Of a DNA stretch of 64,000 bases, positions 50,411 to 63,564 are shown one piece after another. Numbering within the stretch: the stretch's first letter is position 1; every line of letters begins with the position of its first letter. Where the stretch lies: contig NC_057720.1 in the NCBI RefSeq assembly GCF_004010195.1, positions 15,970,902-16,034,901 of the forward strand. Direction: 5' to 3'. The DNA comes from Chiloscyllium plagiosum. Its lineage: Eukaryota. Under the pieces are notes generated by a model, which was given only the letters and a program-made list of their open reading frames with translations, was not told the origin of the DNA and did not search any database. A program made the position numbers and the translations under genes.

Positions 50411-51305
50411 TCCAGTCCTCACTTTCTCTTATTTATTTGGCTAGCCCGGTTAAGTTTCGTGTCAAGGATGACCCTGAGCATGTTGATAGTAAGGGATTGA
50501 GTGATGGTTAGATTCTCTCCTTTTGCAGATTGTCAATGTTCGGCATTTTATGTATAGCAAGTGTAACTTGTCACATGTCAGGCCAAAGCTGGACATTGTT
50601 GTGTTCTTGCCACATTTGGACATGGACTGTTACAATATCCAAGGAGTCACGAATCGTGCTGAACATTGGGAAGTCAGTGAGTATCTCCACCTCTGACCTT
50701 ATGATGGAGGGCAGGTCATCGAAGAAGTAGCTGAAGATGCTTGGGCCTTGGATACTATCCTGAGGAACTCCTGCAGAGATATCCTGGTGCTGAGATGACT
50801 GACCTCCGACAATCATGAACATCTTCCTACGTCCCAGGAATGACTCCAGTCCAGCCAAATGTGACCTTGATGTCAAGGGCTGCCACTCTCACCTCCCCTC
50901 TGGAATTCAGCTCTTTAGTCCATGTTTGAACCAAAGCTGTAATGAGGTCAGGAGCTGAGTGGCTCTGGCAGAACGCAAACTGGGCATCAGTGAGCAGGTT
51001 ATTGCTGAGCAGGTGCTGCTGGATAGCACTGTTGATGACATCTTCTATCATTTTATTGATGATCAAGAGGAGACTGATGGGGTGGTAATTGGACGGGTTG
51101 GATTTGACCTGTTTTTTTTATGTACAGGACATATCTGGGCAATTTTCCACATTATTGGGTTGATGCTAGTATTGTAGCTGTACCAGAACAGCTTAAGTAA
51201 GGGTGTGACAAATTCTGGAGCATAAGTCTTCAGCACTATTTCCAGAGTATTGTCAGGGTCAATAAACTTCATAGTATCCAGTGCCTCCAAATATTTCTTG
51301 ATATC

Positions 51306-54107
51306 AAAGAACAAAGAACAAAGAAAATTTACAGCCCAGTTACATGCTCTTTGGCCCTCCAAGCCTGAGCCGATCCAAATCCACTGTTTAAACCTATCGC
51401 CCAATTCCTAAGCATCTGTATCCCTCTGCTCCCCACCTACTCATGCATCTGTCCAGACACACCTTAAATGAATCTACCGTGCCTGCCTCTACTACCTCTG
51501 CTGGCAACACGTTCCAGGCACCTACCACGCTATGTGTAAAGTACTTGCCACATAGATCCTCCTTGAACTTTTCACCTCTCACCTTGAACGCGTGACCTCT
51601 GGGAAAAAGCTTGTCTCTATCTACCCTGCCTATACCCTTCATGATTTTGTAAACATCAATCAAGTCCCCCCTCAATCTCCTTTTTTCTAATGAAAACAAT
51701 CCTAACCTACTTAACCTCTCTTCATAGCTAGCACCTTCCATACCAGGCAACATCCTCGTAAACCTTCTCTGCACCCTCTCCAAAGTATCCACATCCTTTT
51801 GGTAATGTGGTGACCAGAACTGTACACAGTATTCTAAATGCGGCCGAACCAAAGTCATGTACAATTTTAACATGACCTGCCAGCTCTTATACTCAATACC
51901 CTGATGAAGACAAGCATACCATATGCCTTCTTGACCACTCAGAGTACAGTGGACCTGAACTCCCAGATCTCTCTGCTCATCAACTTTTCCCAAGGCTCTT
52001 CTGTTTACTGTATAATTTGCTCTAGAATTAGACTTCCCAAAATGCATCACCTCACATTTATCTGGATTGAACTCCATCTGCCACTTCTCCACCCAACTCT
52101 CCAGTGTACCTATATTCTCCTGTATTCTTTGACAGTCCCCTATGCTTTCTGCTACTCCACCAATCTTTGTGTCATCTGCAAACCTACTGATCAGACCAAC
52201 AATGTTCTCTTCCAGATCATTGTTGTCTATTACATATAACAGTGGCCCCAGCACTGGCCCCTGTGGAACACTGCTGGTCACCTTTCTCCATTTCGAGAAA
52301 CTCCCTTCAACTCCTACTCTCTGTCTCCTGTTGCTCAACCAGTTCTTTATCCACCTAGCTAGAACACCCTGCATACCATGTGACTTCACTTTTCCCATTA
52401 GTTTACCATGGGGAACCTTATCAAATGCCTTACTAAAGTCCATTTATATGACATCAACAGCCCTTCCTTCATCAATCAACTTGGTCACTTCCTCAAAGAA
52501 CTCTATTAAGTTGGTAAGGTATGACCTACCCTGTACAAAACCATGTTACCAATCACTGATAAGCCCATTCTTTTCCAAATATAAGTAGATTTTATCCCTC
52601 AGTACCTTGTCTAGCAACTTTCCCACCATTGGCATCAGGCTCACTGGTCTGTAGTTACCTGGAATATCCTTGCTATCCTTCTTGTACAGGGGGACAAGAT
52701 GAGCAACCCTCCAGTCCTCCGGCACCTCCCCTGTGTTTAAGGATGCTACAAAGATATCTGTCGGACCCCAGTTATTTCCTCTCTCACCTCCCTCAGCAAC
52801 CTGGGGTAGATCCCATTCAGTCCTGGGGATTTGTCGACCTTAATATCCTTTAACCTACACAGCACATCTTCCCTCCTTATGTCAACGTTATCCAGAGTTA
52901 ACAAATTTCTGTCTCTAATCTCAGCATCCATCATCTCCTGTGCCTCAGTGAACACTGATGCAAAGTAATCATTGAGAATCTCACCCATTTTCTCAGGTTC
53001 GACACACAACTTTTCTTCCTTATCCTTTAGTGGACCAACCCTTTCTCTGGTCACCCTCTTGCTGCTTAGATAAGAATAAAAGGCCTTGGGATTCTCCTTA
53101 ATTCTGCTCGCTCAAGTTATTTCATGGCCCGCTTGATTCCTCATTTAAGATTGGTCCTACTCTCCCAATATTCCTCCAAGGCTCGTTCTGTTCTTAGTTG
53201 CCTGGACCTTATGTACACTTCCCTTTTCCTCTTGGCTCGTCGCACGATTTCTCCTGTCATCCACGGTTCACGAATCTTGCCTTTCCTATCCCTTGTTTTC
53301 AAAGGGACATACCTATCCGCACTATCTTCAACCTATCTTTGAATGCCACCCACATATCAAATGTGGACTTCCCTTCAAATAGCTGTGTCCAATCCAAATT
53401 TCCCACCTCCTGCCTAATTTCGATATAATTGGCCTTGGCCCAGTTTAGTACTCTTCCCTTAGGACCTTTCTCATCTTTGTTTATGAATATTCTAAAACTC
53501 ACAGAATTGTGGTCACTGTTCCCAAAGAAATTCCCCACCACAACTTCTACCACCCAGCCTGGCTCATTCCCCAATACCAGGTCCAATAAGGCCCCTTCCC
53601 TTGTCGGACTATCGACACACTGATTTAGAAAATTTTCCTGGACGTTCCTTACAAATTCTGCCCCATCCAGACCTCTGTCACTAAGTGTATCCCAGTCAAT
53701 GTTGGGAAAATTAAAATCTCCCATCACCACTACCTTGTTGCCTCTACATCTTTCCATAATCTGTTTACCTATTTGTTCTTCCACCTTATGCTCACTGTTG
53801 GGAGGTCTGTAATACAGCCCCAACTATGTAACTGCACCCTTCTTATTTCTCAGCTCCACCCATAACGCCTCACTGCTCAAGCCCTCCATTGTGTCCTCCT
53901 TTAGCACAGCCGTGATATCATCCCTAGTCTGGATTAGAGTGGTGCTGGAAAAGCACAGCAGGTCAGGCAACATCCGAGGAGCAGGAAAATCGACGTTTCG
54001 GGCAAATTCCCTTCATCAGGAATGAGGCAGGAGCCTCCGGAGCAATGCAACTCCTCCCCCACTTTTACTTCCCTCCCTGTCCTGTCTGATGCATCTGTAT
54101 CCTGGAA
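51306..54107 (-). mobile_element. CR1 LINE ORF2 relic (APE endonuclease and RT)
   Basis: YYRPPNS, MGDFNFP, LDLVLGNE, SDHNSV, MDFSKAFDKVPH, FADD; (AAGAACA)n tail. Confidence 0.95.
53925..54041 (-). mobile_element. Short PLE-end/hammerhead insertion in CR1
   Basis: Revcomp CTGATGAAGGGAATTTGCCCGAAACGTC at about 53992-54019. Confidence 0.85.
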
Positions 54108-54739
54108 CATATCACATGAAATAAACTCAAAATTTCTGACTGAAGATTGTTGCAAATGCTTCAGCCTTACCTTTCGCACCAATGTGCTTTGCTGCCTCAT
54201 TTTTGAGGATGGGGATATTAGTGGAGCTCTTGCTTCAGCGAGGTAAATGCCCACCACCACTCCTGAGTGAATGTGGTAGGCCCTCAGAGCTTGGATCTGG
54301 TCTGTTGGTTGCGGAATCTCTTACCTCTGTCTATCTCTTGCTGCTTGGTATACAAGTAATCCTGTTTTACTGCTCCTCACATGCCCTCCTGCCCACTCCA
54401 TTGAACCAGGTTTGATCCTCTGTCTTGATGGTGATTGTTGAGTGGAGATACGCCAGGCCATGAAGATGCGGTGTTTGAATACAAAGCTGCTGATGGTCCA
54501 AGGCTTTGTTTTGTCTGATTCTTGTACAGTAAAATGTTTTTTTTTAAAAAACATCATGAAACCTTTGGTGTAATTCTTCATGGTAACAAATAGAAGTTTG
54601 AACTTCTTTTTAGAAGTTCATTGCACATGTCATATATTCATACAACATAGGAACAGGCCCTTGGGTCCAGAATATCTGTGCTGACCTGTTTAGTTTCTCA
54701 GTTTGTTTTTTCTCCACGTATTTACCGTCTGGAGAGAGC

Positions 54740-55228
54740 TCACTCATGGAAGGTGTGTTGCAATAGCACTGCGGCTTCATCGGATGTAGAGCCTAGGAGC
54801 AGCTGGGGTCTTGGTTCAGCATTGTGACGGACAGAGATCGAGGCCAATGCAGGAAGAGCAAGCATTGATAGTGAGGGAGGCCCTTTGGTGTCTGTGGCAG
54901 CAGTGAGATCAGTCAGCCCGAGTCTCCTGGAGAGCAGGTCCAAAGCAGGGGAGATTGAGTCCTTATAGGGAGTGTGAGCTCAGCGTGGCTAAGCACTGTT
55001 GAACTTTTAACTTTATTTCTTTATTTTTCTACTTGGTACTAAGAAGAATTGCAATGTTTAACTTTTTAATTTTATTCCTTTAGTTTTCTACTTTGTACGT
55101 AAGATTTTGTACCTAGGTACCTTTTGTACTTAAGATGACATTGGGTATGGTGACATTGTACACTTTTCAATGTACTCATGTACTCTGTACTTCAGTACAT
55201 GTGACAATGAATTCTAATTCTAATTCTG
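54740..55228 (+). mobile_element. Putative non-autonomous element with a Rex1-like 3' tail
   Basis: CTTTTCAATGTA...TACATGTGACAAT plus (ATTCTA)n resembles the tail at 59680-59740 on the minus strand. Confidence 0.4.
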
Positions 55229-55309
55229 ACTTCAGTGGAGGAATTGTGTCTGATTCCCATTGACTTCTATATGGGTCCAGACATAACTACAATGAGAAGC
55301 TACAACACA

Positions 55310-55428
55310 GGGCAGAAGTGGGTACTGCAGATGCTGGAGATTCGAGTCAAGATTAGAGTGGTGCTGGAAAAGCACAGCAGGTCAGGCAGCATCAGAAGAG
55401 CAGGAAAATCAACATGTCGGGCAAAAGC
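55310..55428 (-). mobile_element. Short PLE-end insertion truncated inside the hammerhead
   Basis: Revcomp of the 4370-4485 family. Confidence 0.8.
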
Positions 55429-56249
55429 TAAACAACATTAGCAACAAGTAAACCTCAGTGTCGATACATTCTCACCTCCCCTTTTGAATTCAGCTCTTTT
55501 GCCTGAGCTTCTGATGAAGTCTGGAGCTGAGTGGTCCCATTGGAATTAAATCCTTCATCACCATCTCCACTGGCCCCCACCCATTGCAACCCCCAAGCAC
55601 AGCAACCACCAACCAACCCAATAGCCCCCTGTTTCCCACATGGGTTTGGACACCAGCCCTCAGGGACAGACAGAAACACCACTCAGTCACATTTCTACCT
55701 AACTGTGGCTTTCCCACCAGTTTCTACTATCCTGCAGTTTCTTGTTGAACATTACCTGCTCGACTTGGATCCGGCCGGTCAGTGAGACAGCATTTAGAGA
55801 GGAGTGGAGAGGTACCCTGCAGCAAAGAATAGACACATGCTGTGATGCTAAAATGACACAGCATGCACAAATTATATGTCCTTCATGCACCCCCACCCCC
55901 CCCACCGCAACCTCCCCCCTGCCCATCCACCCCAAGTCTCCTTATGCATAAAAAGACTTGCCTGAGTCAAGATCAGAACCATACAGTCCAGTTATATCAC
56001 AGCCCCAAATCCAATTCTATACTCATCTGATGTATATTATATACACGATACCTGATCCAATGGTGTCACCCCTTTTTTTTATTTAAATTAATCTGTTGGA
56101 TACCTCAATCGCCATCGTGTCTTGAGGTGGAGACTTGAAGCCGGACCTTTTGTCTCAGAGACAGGGGCACTACCAATGCACCACAAGATCCTTTAGTTGT
56201 CACGCTGCTAGAGAACAAAATCACAAACAAGATTTCTGCTCCTTCCACT

Positions 56250-56730
56250 TAGAGTCATAGAGTCGTACAGCACGGAAACAGACCCTTCGGTCAAACTCTC
56301 CATGCCGACCAAACATCCCAATCTGATCTAGTTCCATTTACTAGCACTTGGCCCATATCTCCGGAAACCCTTCATATACCCATCCAGACATCTTTTAAAT
56401 GCTGCAACTGTACCATCATCCATCACTTCCTTTGGATTTCATACATGCACCACCCTCTGCGTGAAAAAGTTGCCCCTCAGGTCCCTTTTAAATTTCACCC
56501 CTCTCACAGTAAAGTTTTGCCTGCTAGCTTTAGACTCCCCTACCTTGGAAAAAAAGAAGTTTGGCTATTTACCCTATCCATGCCCCTCATGCTTTTATAA
56601 ACCTCTAATAGGGCACATCTCAGCCTCCAACACTACAGGGAAAATAGCCCCAGCCTATTCAGCTTCTCCCTAAAGCTCAAACCCTCCAATCTTGACAACA
56701 TCCTAGTAAATCTCTTCTGCACCCTCTGAA
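56250..56730 (-). mobile_element. CR1 3' fragment
   Basis: Similar to 25036-25520. Confidence 0.85.
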
Positions 56731-57496
56731 TGCAGGCCTCAATTTGGAAAACTAATTTGGTCTCTTTGGAACAGAAAGCCAATTCACACCATTGTCCACC
56801 TCAAACCCATCATCCGAAAACCTTTTGGCAGCAGAAGCTGTCTTAATGCCAACGTCGATTATCTGTTGGGCACTTCCATCTCTATCCCTGCCACTTAGGG
56901 CTCTGGTAACATTCCAGTCCCGGACTCAAAATACTCCCATTTAGCTACAGTTGACACTGTACCATCCAAACAAGCCTGCTGTAAATAATATTTCACATGG
57001 AGTCATAGTCAGAAAGTCATACAGCTGTAGAGCACAGAAACAGACACTCTGGTCCAACCAGTCCATGCCAAATATAATCCCAAACTAAACGAATCTGGCT
57101 CCTGGGCCACATTCCTATTCATGTATCTGTCCAAATATCTTTTAAATGTTGTAATTGAACCGACATGCATCACTTTGTCAGGAAGTTCATTCCACACATG
57201 GACAACCCTCTGTGTGTAAAAAAAAAATTGCCTCTCATGTCTTTTTTAAATCTCTGTCCTCACAGTTTATAAATGTGCCCCCGGTCTTGAAATCCCCCAT
57301 CCGAGGGAAAAGACAATTACCGTGAACTCTATCTATACCGCTCATTATTTTATAAACTTCTTTCAGACCGCCTCTCAACCTCCTACGCTCCAGTGAAAAA
57401 AGTCCCAGCCTATCCAGCCTTTCTTTATAACTCAAACCTTCCAGACTCAACAACATCCTGGTAAACCTCTTCCGAACCGTCTCCAGCTTAATACAG

Positions 57497-58170
57497 CGTA
57501 TCATCCGTCGTCATTTCCGCCACCTCCAAACGGACATCACCACCAGGGATATATTTCCCTCCCCTCCCCGATCAGGTTCCGAAAAAACCACTCCCTCCGT
57601 GATTCCCTCGTCAGGTCCACACCCCCCCACCAACCCAACCTCCACACCTGGCACCTTCCCCTGCAACCGCAAGAAATGCAAAACTTGCGCCCACACCTTC
57701 CCCCTTACTTCCCTCCAAGGCCNNNNNNNNNNNNNNNNNNNNNNNNNNNNNNNNNNNNNNNNNNNNNNNNNNNNNNNNNNNNNNNNNNNNNNNNNNNNNN
57801 NNNNNNNNNNNNNNNNNNNNNNNNNNNNNNNNNNNNNNNNNNNNNNNNNNNNNNNNNNNNNNNNNNNNNNNNNNNNNNNNNNNNNNNNNNNNNNNNNNNN
57901 NNNNNNNNNNNNNNNNNNNTTCTTGACCTGCAATCTTCTTCCTGACCTCTCCACCCCTAACCCCTCTCCGGTCTATCACCCTCACCTTAACCTCCTTCCA
58001 CCTATCGCATTCCCAACGCCCCTCCCCAAGTCCCTCCTCCCTACCTTTTATCTTAGCCTGCTTGGCACACCTTCCTCATTCCCGAAGAAGGGCTTATGCC
58101 CAAAACGTCGATTCTCCTGCTCCTTGGATGCTGCCTGACCTGCTGCACTTTTCCAGCAACACATTTTCAG
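57497..58170 (+). mobile_element. PLE 3' portion (Cys linker, gap, UTR, degenerate hammerhead)
   Basis: PGTFPCNRKKCKTC; 16-bp TSD CTCCAGCTTAATACAG (57481-57496, 58171-58186); N gap 57723-57919. Confidence 0.9.
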
Positions 58171-58183
58171 CTCCAGCTTAATA

Positions 58184-58387
58184 CAGTCAATTCTGCTATA
58201 ATGCGCATTCCTTCAACATGAATTAGCTTTAATATGATTGAAGAATTTAAACTGTTATTCATAGAACATGCAGTTGGCTATAGCACAATTCCAGCCCTGT
58301 TAGTTTAAATGGGGCAGCAATTGCATGATTTTCTTCTAATGCGGAATCACACAAGGACGGAATTATCTCGTCATTTAGAATCGACTG
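58184..58387. mobile_element. Tc1/mariner (pogo/Tigger-like) MITE
   Basis: TA-CAGTCAATTCT...AGAATCGACTG-TA: terminal inverted repeats with a TA duplication. Confidence 0.8.
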
Positions 58388-59679
58388 TAACATCCTTCCG
58401 ATAAATGGGCAATCAGAACTGGACACAGTATTCCAGAAGACCCCTCGTCCATATCTTGCACAAGCTCAACATAACATCCCATATCCCATGCTCAAAGGAC
58501 TGAGCAATGAAGGCAAGTGTGCCAAATGCCTTTCTTGCCATCCTGTGCAAACTTCAAAGAATTATGTACCTCTACCCCTAGGTCCCTCTGTTCTACAACA
58601 CCACCCAAGACCTGACTGTTTATTGTATAAGCCCTACCCTTGCTTGTTATACCAAAATGCAATACCTCACATTTATCCAGATTGAACTCTATCAGCTCAT
58701 TGACCCATTTGATCAAGATCCCTTTGTAATCTTAGAAAAGCTTCTTCACTGTCTGCCATGTAACCAATTTTGGTGTCGTCTGTAAATTTACAAACCATGC
58801 CTTCTATATTCTCACCCAAATCATTAACATAAATGACAAACATGTTTACTGCTTTTACTGTTGCTGTCAACTATACAAAATTATACACTTGTCCTATAGC
58901 CCCATTTGTATTGTGGGTGTTGGGTTTAAAAGTAAGATTGAAGCCATTGTGCAAGTGAGTCCCCACCCCACACATCTCCCTCCTTCACCACCCCCTCCCC
59001 TCCCCAACCCCCCCAGCTACCACTTTCTTCAGATCAGGGAGATATGCATATTCCAGAGGCAAAGGTCAGATAAATCGGAGCTGAAATGACATGGTTCTGC
59101 TCGTTCTTCCTAATGTGCAGAAGGGAAATTACATGATCACGCTTAAGCACCATTATTTCACTAAGCTGTTTTTGATTGAACTGTGAGAAGGTGGACAAAA
59201 CTGTCCCAGCAGGAAATGCTCTACTTTTAGTCATGTCACTGAACTGACTTATTGAGGTTAATTTGGAACCAAAACAAACAAAGGTATCCTTTTGGATGGA
59301 GATGCCTGAATTTTTAAAAGGATTAACTTCAAGCTGTCTAACCCAGTAAAATGAAATAAGATATAAACTGTTGCAGTGGTCAGAGTGACAGTGTTCGCTG
59401 GTCGCTTGATCAGTTCTTGGCTTTGTCTGAATACTAAGTCACATACCAGCATATGTTTGGCAATCACCCAAGAATTAACACTTTCTGGACGTAAAACATG
59501 GGACTGTACAGAAAGAAAGGTTCACACACCTAAACTAATCAGCATCACATTGAAAACAATTAAATAGAGCATAATACTGAGTGTAAAATGAACCAAACCC
59601 CACAGTCAGTTTTTTTAATAAATAATATATTAAGAAGTTGTACCTCTTAACAAAAACACATTTCGCTGAAATTCAATTT

Positions 59680-60115
59680 GATTTGATATTGATTTGATTT
59701 ATTATTGTCAATGTATCGAGATATAGTGAAAAGTATTGCTTTGTGTGCTAACTAGACAAATCATACCTTACATAACTGCATCAGGGTAATAGAATGGAGT
59801 GCAGAATATAGTGTTACAGTGAAAGAGAACAATCAACTTAAATGTCTGAGAGGTCTGTTCACAAGTCTGGTAACAACAGGGAAGAAGCTGTTCTTGAATC
59901 TGGGAATCAGATACAACACACTTATATCTTCTGGCTGATGGAAGAGGGTGGAGGAGAGTATAATTGTGGTTGGAAGGGTCTTTGATAGTGTTGGCTGCTT
60001 TCCCGAGGCAGCAGGTAGTGTAGACAGAGTCAATGGATGGAAGGCTGGTTGTCATGATGGACTGGGCTGCCTTCACAACTCTCTATAATTTCTTCAGGTC
60101 TTGGGCAGAGCGGTC
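59680..60115 (-). mobile_element. Rex1/Babar LINE 3' end
   Basis: AQSI...LPSID...KAANTIKDPSNH..LLHPLPSARRY; RFKNSFFP; (TCAAA)n tail. Confidence 0.8.
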
Positions 60116-61660
60116 TGATCTACCACTGTAACGTCAACCAAACTGGTTGAAAACCCTGAGATAAATGGCACGACCAACTATCTGTGTTATCTCTCCATGC
60201 TTTTTGGAACTATTCTATTTCTGGTATTGCATAAAATCCATGAATCACTGGGGAAACAACACCTCACCATTCTTTATCCTACATTTTGGCTTCTTCTTTC
60301 ACATTTCACCAGGGTACTCACTCTGAAAAGAAATGAAGATGGTTAATGCATTCTCATCTGTAGTTTCCACTTTCTGTTCTTTTGAATAAGAGTTAGTTAG
60401 TTTTATTCTGTGTGACTTTCAGACCAATATTTTTTACAAGTGCCTGAAGCCTTCCTCTGGATTTTCATGCTTTAAAAGACATTGAATTCTTTCTCTGGGT
60501 TTACTATCCCTGCTATCCATCAGATCCAGTAAAGATCTCATTTCAATAGTTTTCTCCCTCCTGTTTTTTTAGCACCAGAAGGTGGATTCTGAAAAGATGC
60601 TGCCCCTGGCCTGCTGTTTCACTGTTGCTGGATATAAGCTGTGAATCTGCAACAGGCCAAATTGTGAGAGGTGTATCATTACTGGCAAAGATGAGGTTGT
60701 ATTTTCAGCAGTGAAAGTGAATTCTGGTAATCTGTTTTAAGGTTCATTTGCTCGACTTTGACAGCTTTTGACCAGGTCTATGGGCATGTTGCCCATATTC
60801 AATCACCTAGTTTTGCAAAATTCTTCAAGTAATATGCTTATTATTGGAGTAGATGGTGAACAAATGTTCAAGCACTGAATGACTCATCTCTGTGGCTGTG
60901 GTGATCATAAAGTGGCATTAAGTTCCTGGTTGCTCTTCAGTTCCTATCTGTGTAAACCAGGTGACTCTTGCCATATTTGCCAACATTTATCACTTCACTG
61001 GTGCAAGTTGGAACACTGGTTGGAAACAGTATAGAAATGGCACTGATATGACAAGCTTCCCAAGAGCCCAGAACATGATATACTGGCCCCATGTGACAAT
61101 TAGAGTTTGGTGCATCAATTTTAGAACAGAGGTGGATAGTGAGGTATACCTGTGTATGTGAGATGACTTCAGAAATTTGATCTTACACTTTAGCCCAATT
61201 AGGAAGCTTCCAGGATTCTCCTATATTGTAACAGGCCGCAGTGCTCACAATATCTCAAGATCTGGAGGGACTGAGTGATTGGGAGACCAAGGCTATTCTT
61301 TGCAATCATGGACCATGACCCCAGTTAGAAAGTCAGACATCGGCAGAGTACAAATGCCACGAGCTGAGTATGCCATGGAATGCTAAAGCAATGGTTTTGT
61401 TCCTGGAGCCAATTGGAGAGTTGAAATTCAACAGTACATTCATGATTTTCAAGATCATTTCCATGTGTTCCTGTAAACTGTCCCAATCAAAGACGAGTGA
61501 GGAGGCTGTGAGCTGGAGATGTAGATATGGTGAAGCAGGGTCTTTGCTTTTCATTCCCAGGATATGAATGTGAATAGGCTGGCATTTATTGTTCATCTGT
61601 AATTGCAGTGGGTCCAGAATCACATGTACACCAGACCAGGTAAGGGCAGCAGTTTGATTC

Positions 61661-62078
61661 TGTAGTGATTGAACCATGGCCAAGTAGATCTCATTGGTTA
61701 TGAGATCCTTAATTGGGGTTGTTAGCCTGAGCCAATCAGGGAGCGCTGGCTGACAGATGTAAAAAGGACAGCCCCTGTGGGCTCTGGTTCATTGGCCACT
61801 TGAGTATTTTTCCTGGTGGTGGAATATTAATGAAGTTATTTACACCTGGTGTCTTCACTGTGTCTTGCACAGACACACACACATAACATGGGGGCTGGGG
61901 AAAATAAGCACTACTGCTGTATGGCAATAGTGTAAGGGTACATAAAAATAAATAAAAGGAAAAAAAAAGAAAAAATATACATGAAAGGAGACAATCCAGG
62001 GACTCATTTTGAACTGGCTGGTCATAGCCCATGTACTGTGCACATTTAAGTAAAGGGTGACTTGGTACAGTTATTTCA
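61661..62078 (+). repeat. Solo-LTR-like element with a Tx1-like insertion
   Basis: TG...CA termini, flanks GATTC/GATGC, CCAAT box; homologous to 39972-41187. Confidence 0.7.
61770..61976 (+). mobile_element. Tx1-clade LINE 3' UTR, copy 3
   Basis: TGGCCACT..TTCCTGGTGGTGGAAT..CACTGTGTCT..ACATGGG..CTGGGGAAAATA..hairpin, poly(A). Confidence 0.7.
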
Positions 62079-63564
62079 GATGCCCTGAAAGACATTAGTG
62101 AACTAGATGGGGTTTTCCTCAGCAATTGACATTGGCTTCAAGGACTCGTAAATGCAGATTTTTATCCAATTCAAATTCCACTATCAGCCTTGGTGAGATT
62201 CGAATCTAGGTCCCCAGAACTTCGAGGATCTCTGAACGAATAGTCTCACAATAATATTATCAGATCATTGCTTCCCCCATATGGTGAGATAAGGAGAACG
62301 AGATAAAGGAGAAACTAAAACATGATGTTAGGCCTGGCTGGGATTTAAAGGCTATCCCTACTCTGAATATGAAATAGATGCAGCCTATCTCTGCCCAGAA
62401 AACACCAAGTGGATGCATATGGGTGGAAGGATTACCATCTTCATTCCTCCCAAAAGTAAATTCGCTGGGGTCTTAAAAGGCTGCAGTCCACCAAGAAAAG
62501 AAAAGTTCTGATGGTGACTTCAAATTGGACTAATAGTTCACAATGACATGAGGGAGGTATACATGCTGTACTGCTCCCTTTGATGCTTAAAGGTCTGGGG
62601 TATTATTGCCGGAGTGGACACTGGCCTTGTAATCTGTTTTTTTTTTACATCTCGTGCTATTTCTCTCATCCTCCAGATTTCTTTCCATTGTCCGTCGAAA
62701 AGTGGCTCTATCCAATCAAGTAATTGAAACTTTGAGCTCATTGTTCCTTCTCACTTGCTTTGAGAACAATTTCTCAAACAGAGTCATCACGTTATCCCAC
62801 CATCCCAACAGATTGGGGTCCTCACCAGAGGAAGGCAGAGGAAAGTAGACATGCAGCCTGACTCCAAAATAATTTCATGAAGCAAAATGAACCATTAGAT
62901 GGAAGTGCACTTCAAAGAATCAGTTTTATATCATTATAGCCTTACCTCTAAATTTCACAGCAAGTAAGCAAAGCTCTAATATGGAACCATAGACTTTAAA
63001 AATAGTACCTGACGTACATTTGTTTCTGATATAAAGTGGCAGAAGACTAAATACTTAGAAAAATATAAATCTTGATAATTGTTTCTTTTAAAAAAATTCC
63101 GTTGTGCTGTTTTACTTAAATTGTACTCCACAAAAGTTTTAAATAAGATAGCAACACTGGCTTTAGTAGACTTAAAAGAACCATTAATAAAGCATTCTGC
63201 AAAACATTCTTGATTTGATATGACTTCCCTTGAGCTTATATTAAAAAAACTATTATCCAGTTGGTTTCTTTGAAGTGATTTCCTGCTGATTAGCTTTCTC
63301 TTTAAGTAGCTTGCCCTTTACTAAAGTGAACGTCTACAACTTAGCCATGTTTTTGTGCAGAGTTCTTACATTCCAGGCTAACTGCTAAGATGTGTTTTTT
63401 TGTAGGCTGGGCAGTGTCTTTCAGCTAGATCCAATTTCTGAGACGATGAGGAACCGTTTTCCTTGGAAGGCACTACATCAGTAGATACGCAGGGAAAAAA
63501 AGAATTGCAGGGTGAATATGACCCTGCAACTTCCCCCGAAATAAATACTCCTTCAAATTTATTT

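Larger units (their letters stand above)
49500..54520 (-). mobile_element. CR1/L2-group LINE (RT) interrupted by PLE and CR1 insertions
   Basis: WKIAQICPVHKK, QFAFCQSHSA, AALDIKVTF, SAGVPQDSIQGP; resumes after 54107 with ATATCA at both CR1 junctions. Confidence 0.75.
57000..58840 (-). mobile_element. CR1 3' portion interrupted by a MITE and a PLE
   Basis: FNLDKCEVLHFG (58492-58716) and RFTRML..YKERLDRLGLFSLE (57235-57504). Confidence 0.85.
61560..62280 (-). mobile_element. tRNA-derived SINE interrupted by a solo LTR
   Basis: Same family as 38400-38700 on both sides of 61661-62078. Confidence 0.6.

Noticed and set aside
57723..57919. X-containing ORFs spanning N runs (also about 24113-24148)
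   Set aside because: Assembly gaps inflate ORF length.
700..58170. Recurrent palindromic short repeat as a CRISPR array or bacterial REP element
   Set aside because: Copies are dispersed, have no regular spacers or cas genes, have TSDs and link to PLE coding sequence in eukaryotic DNA.
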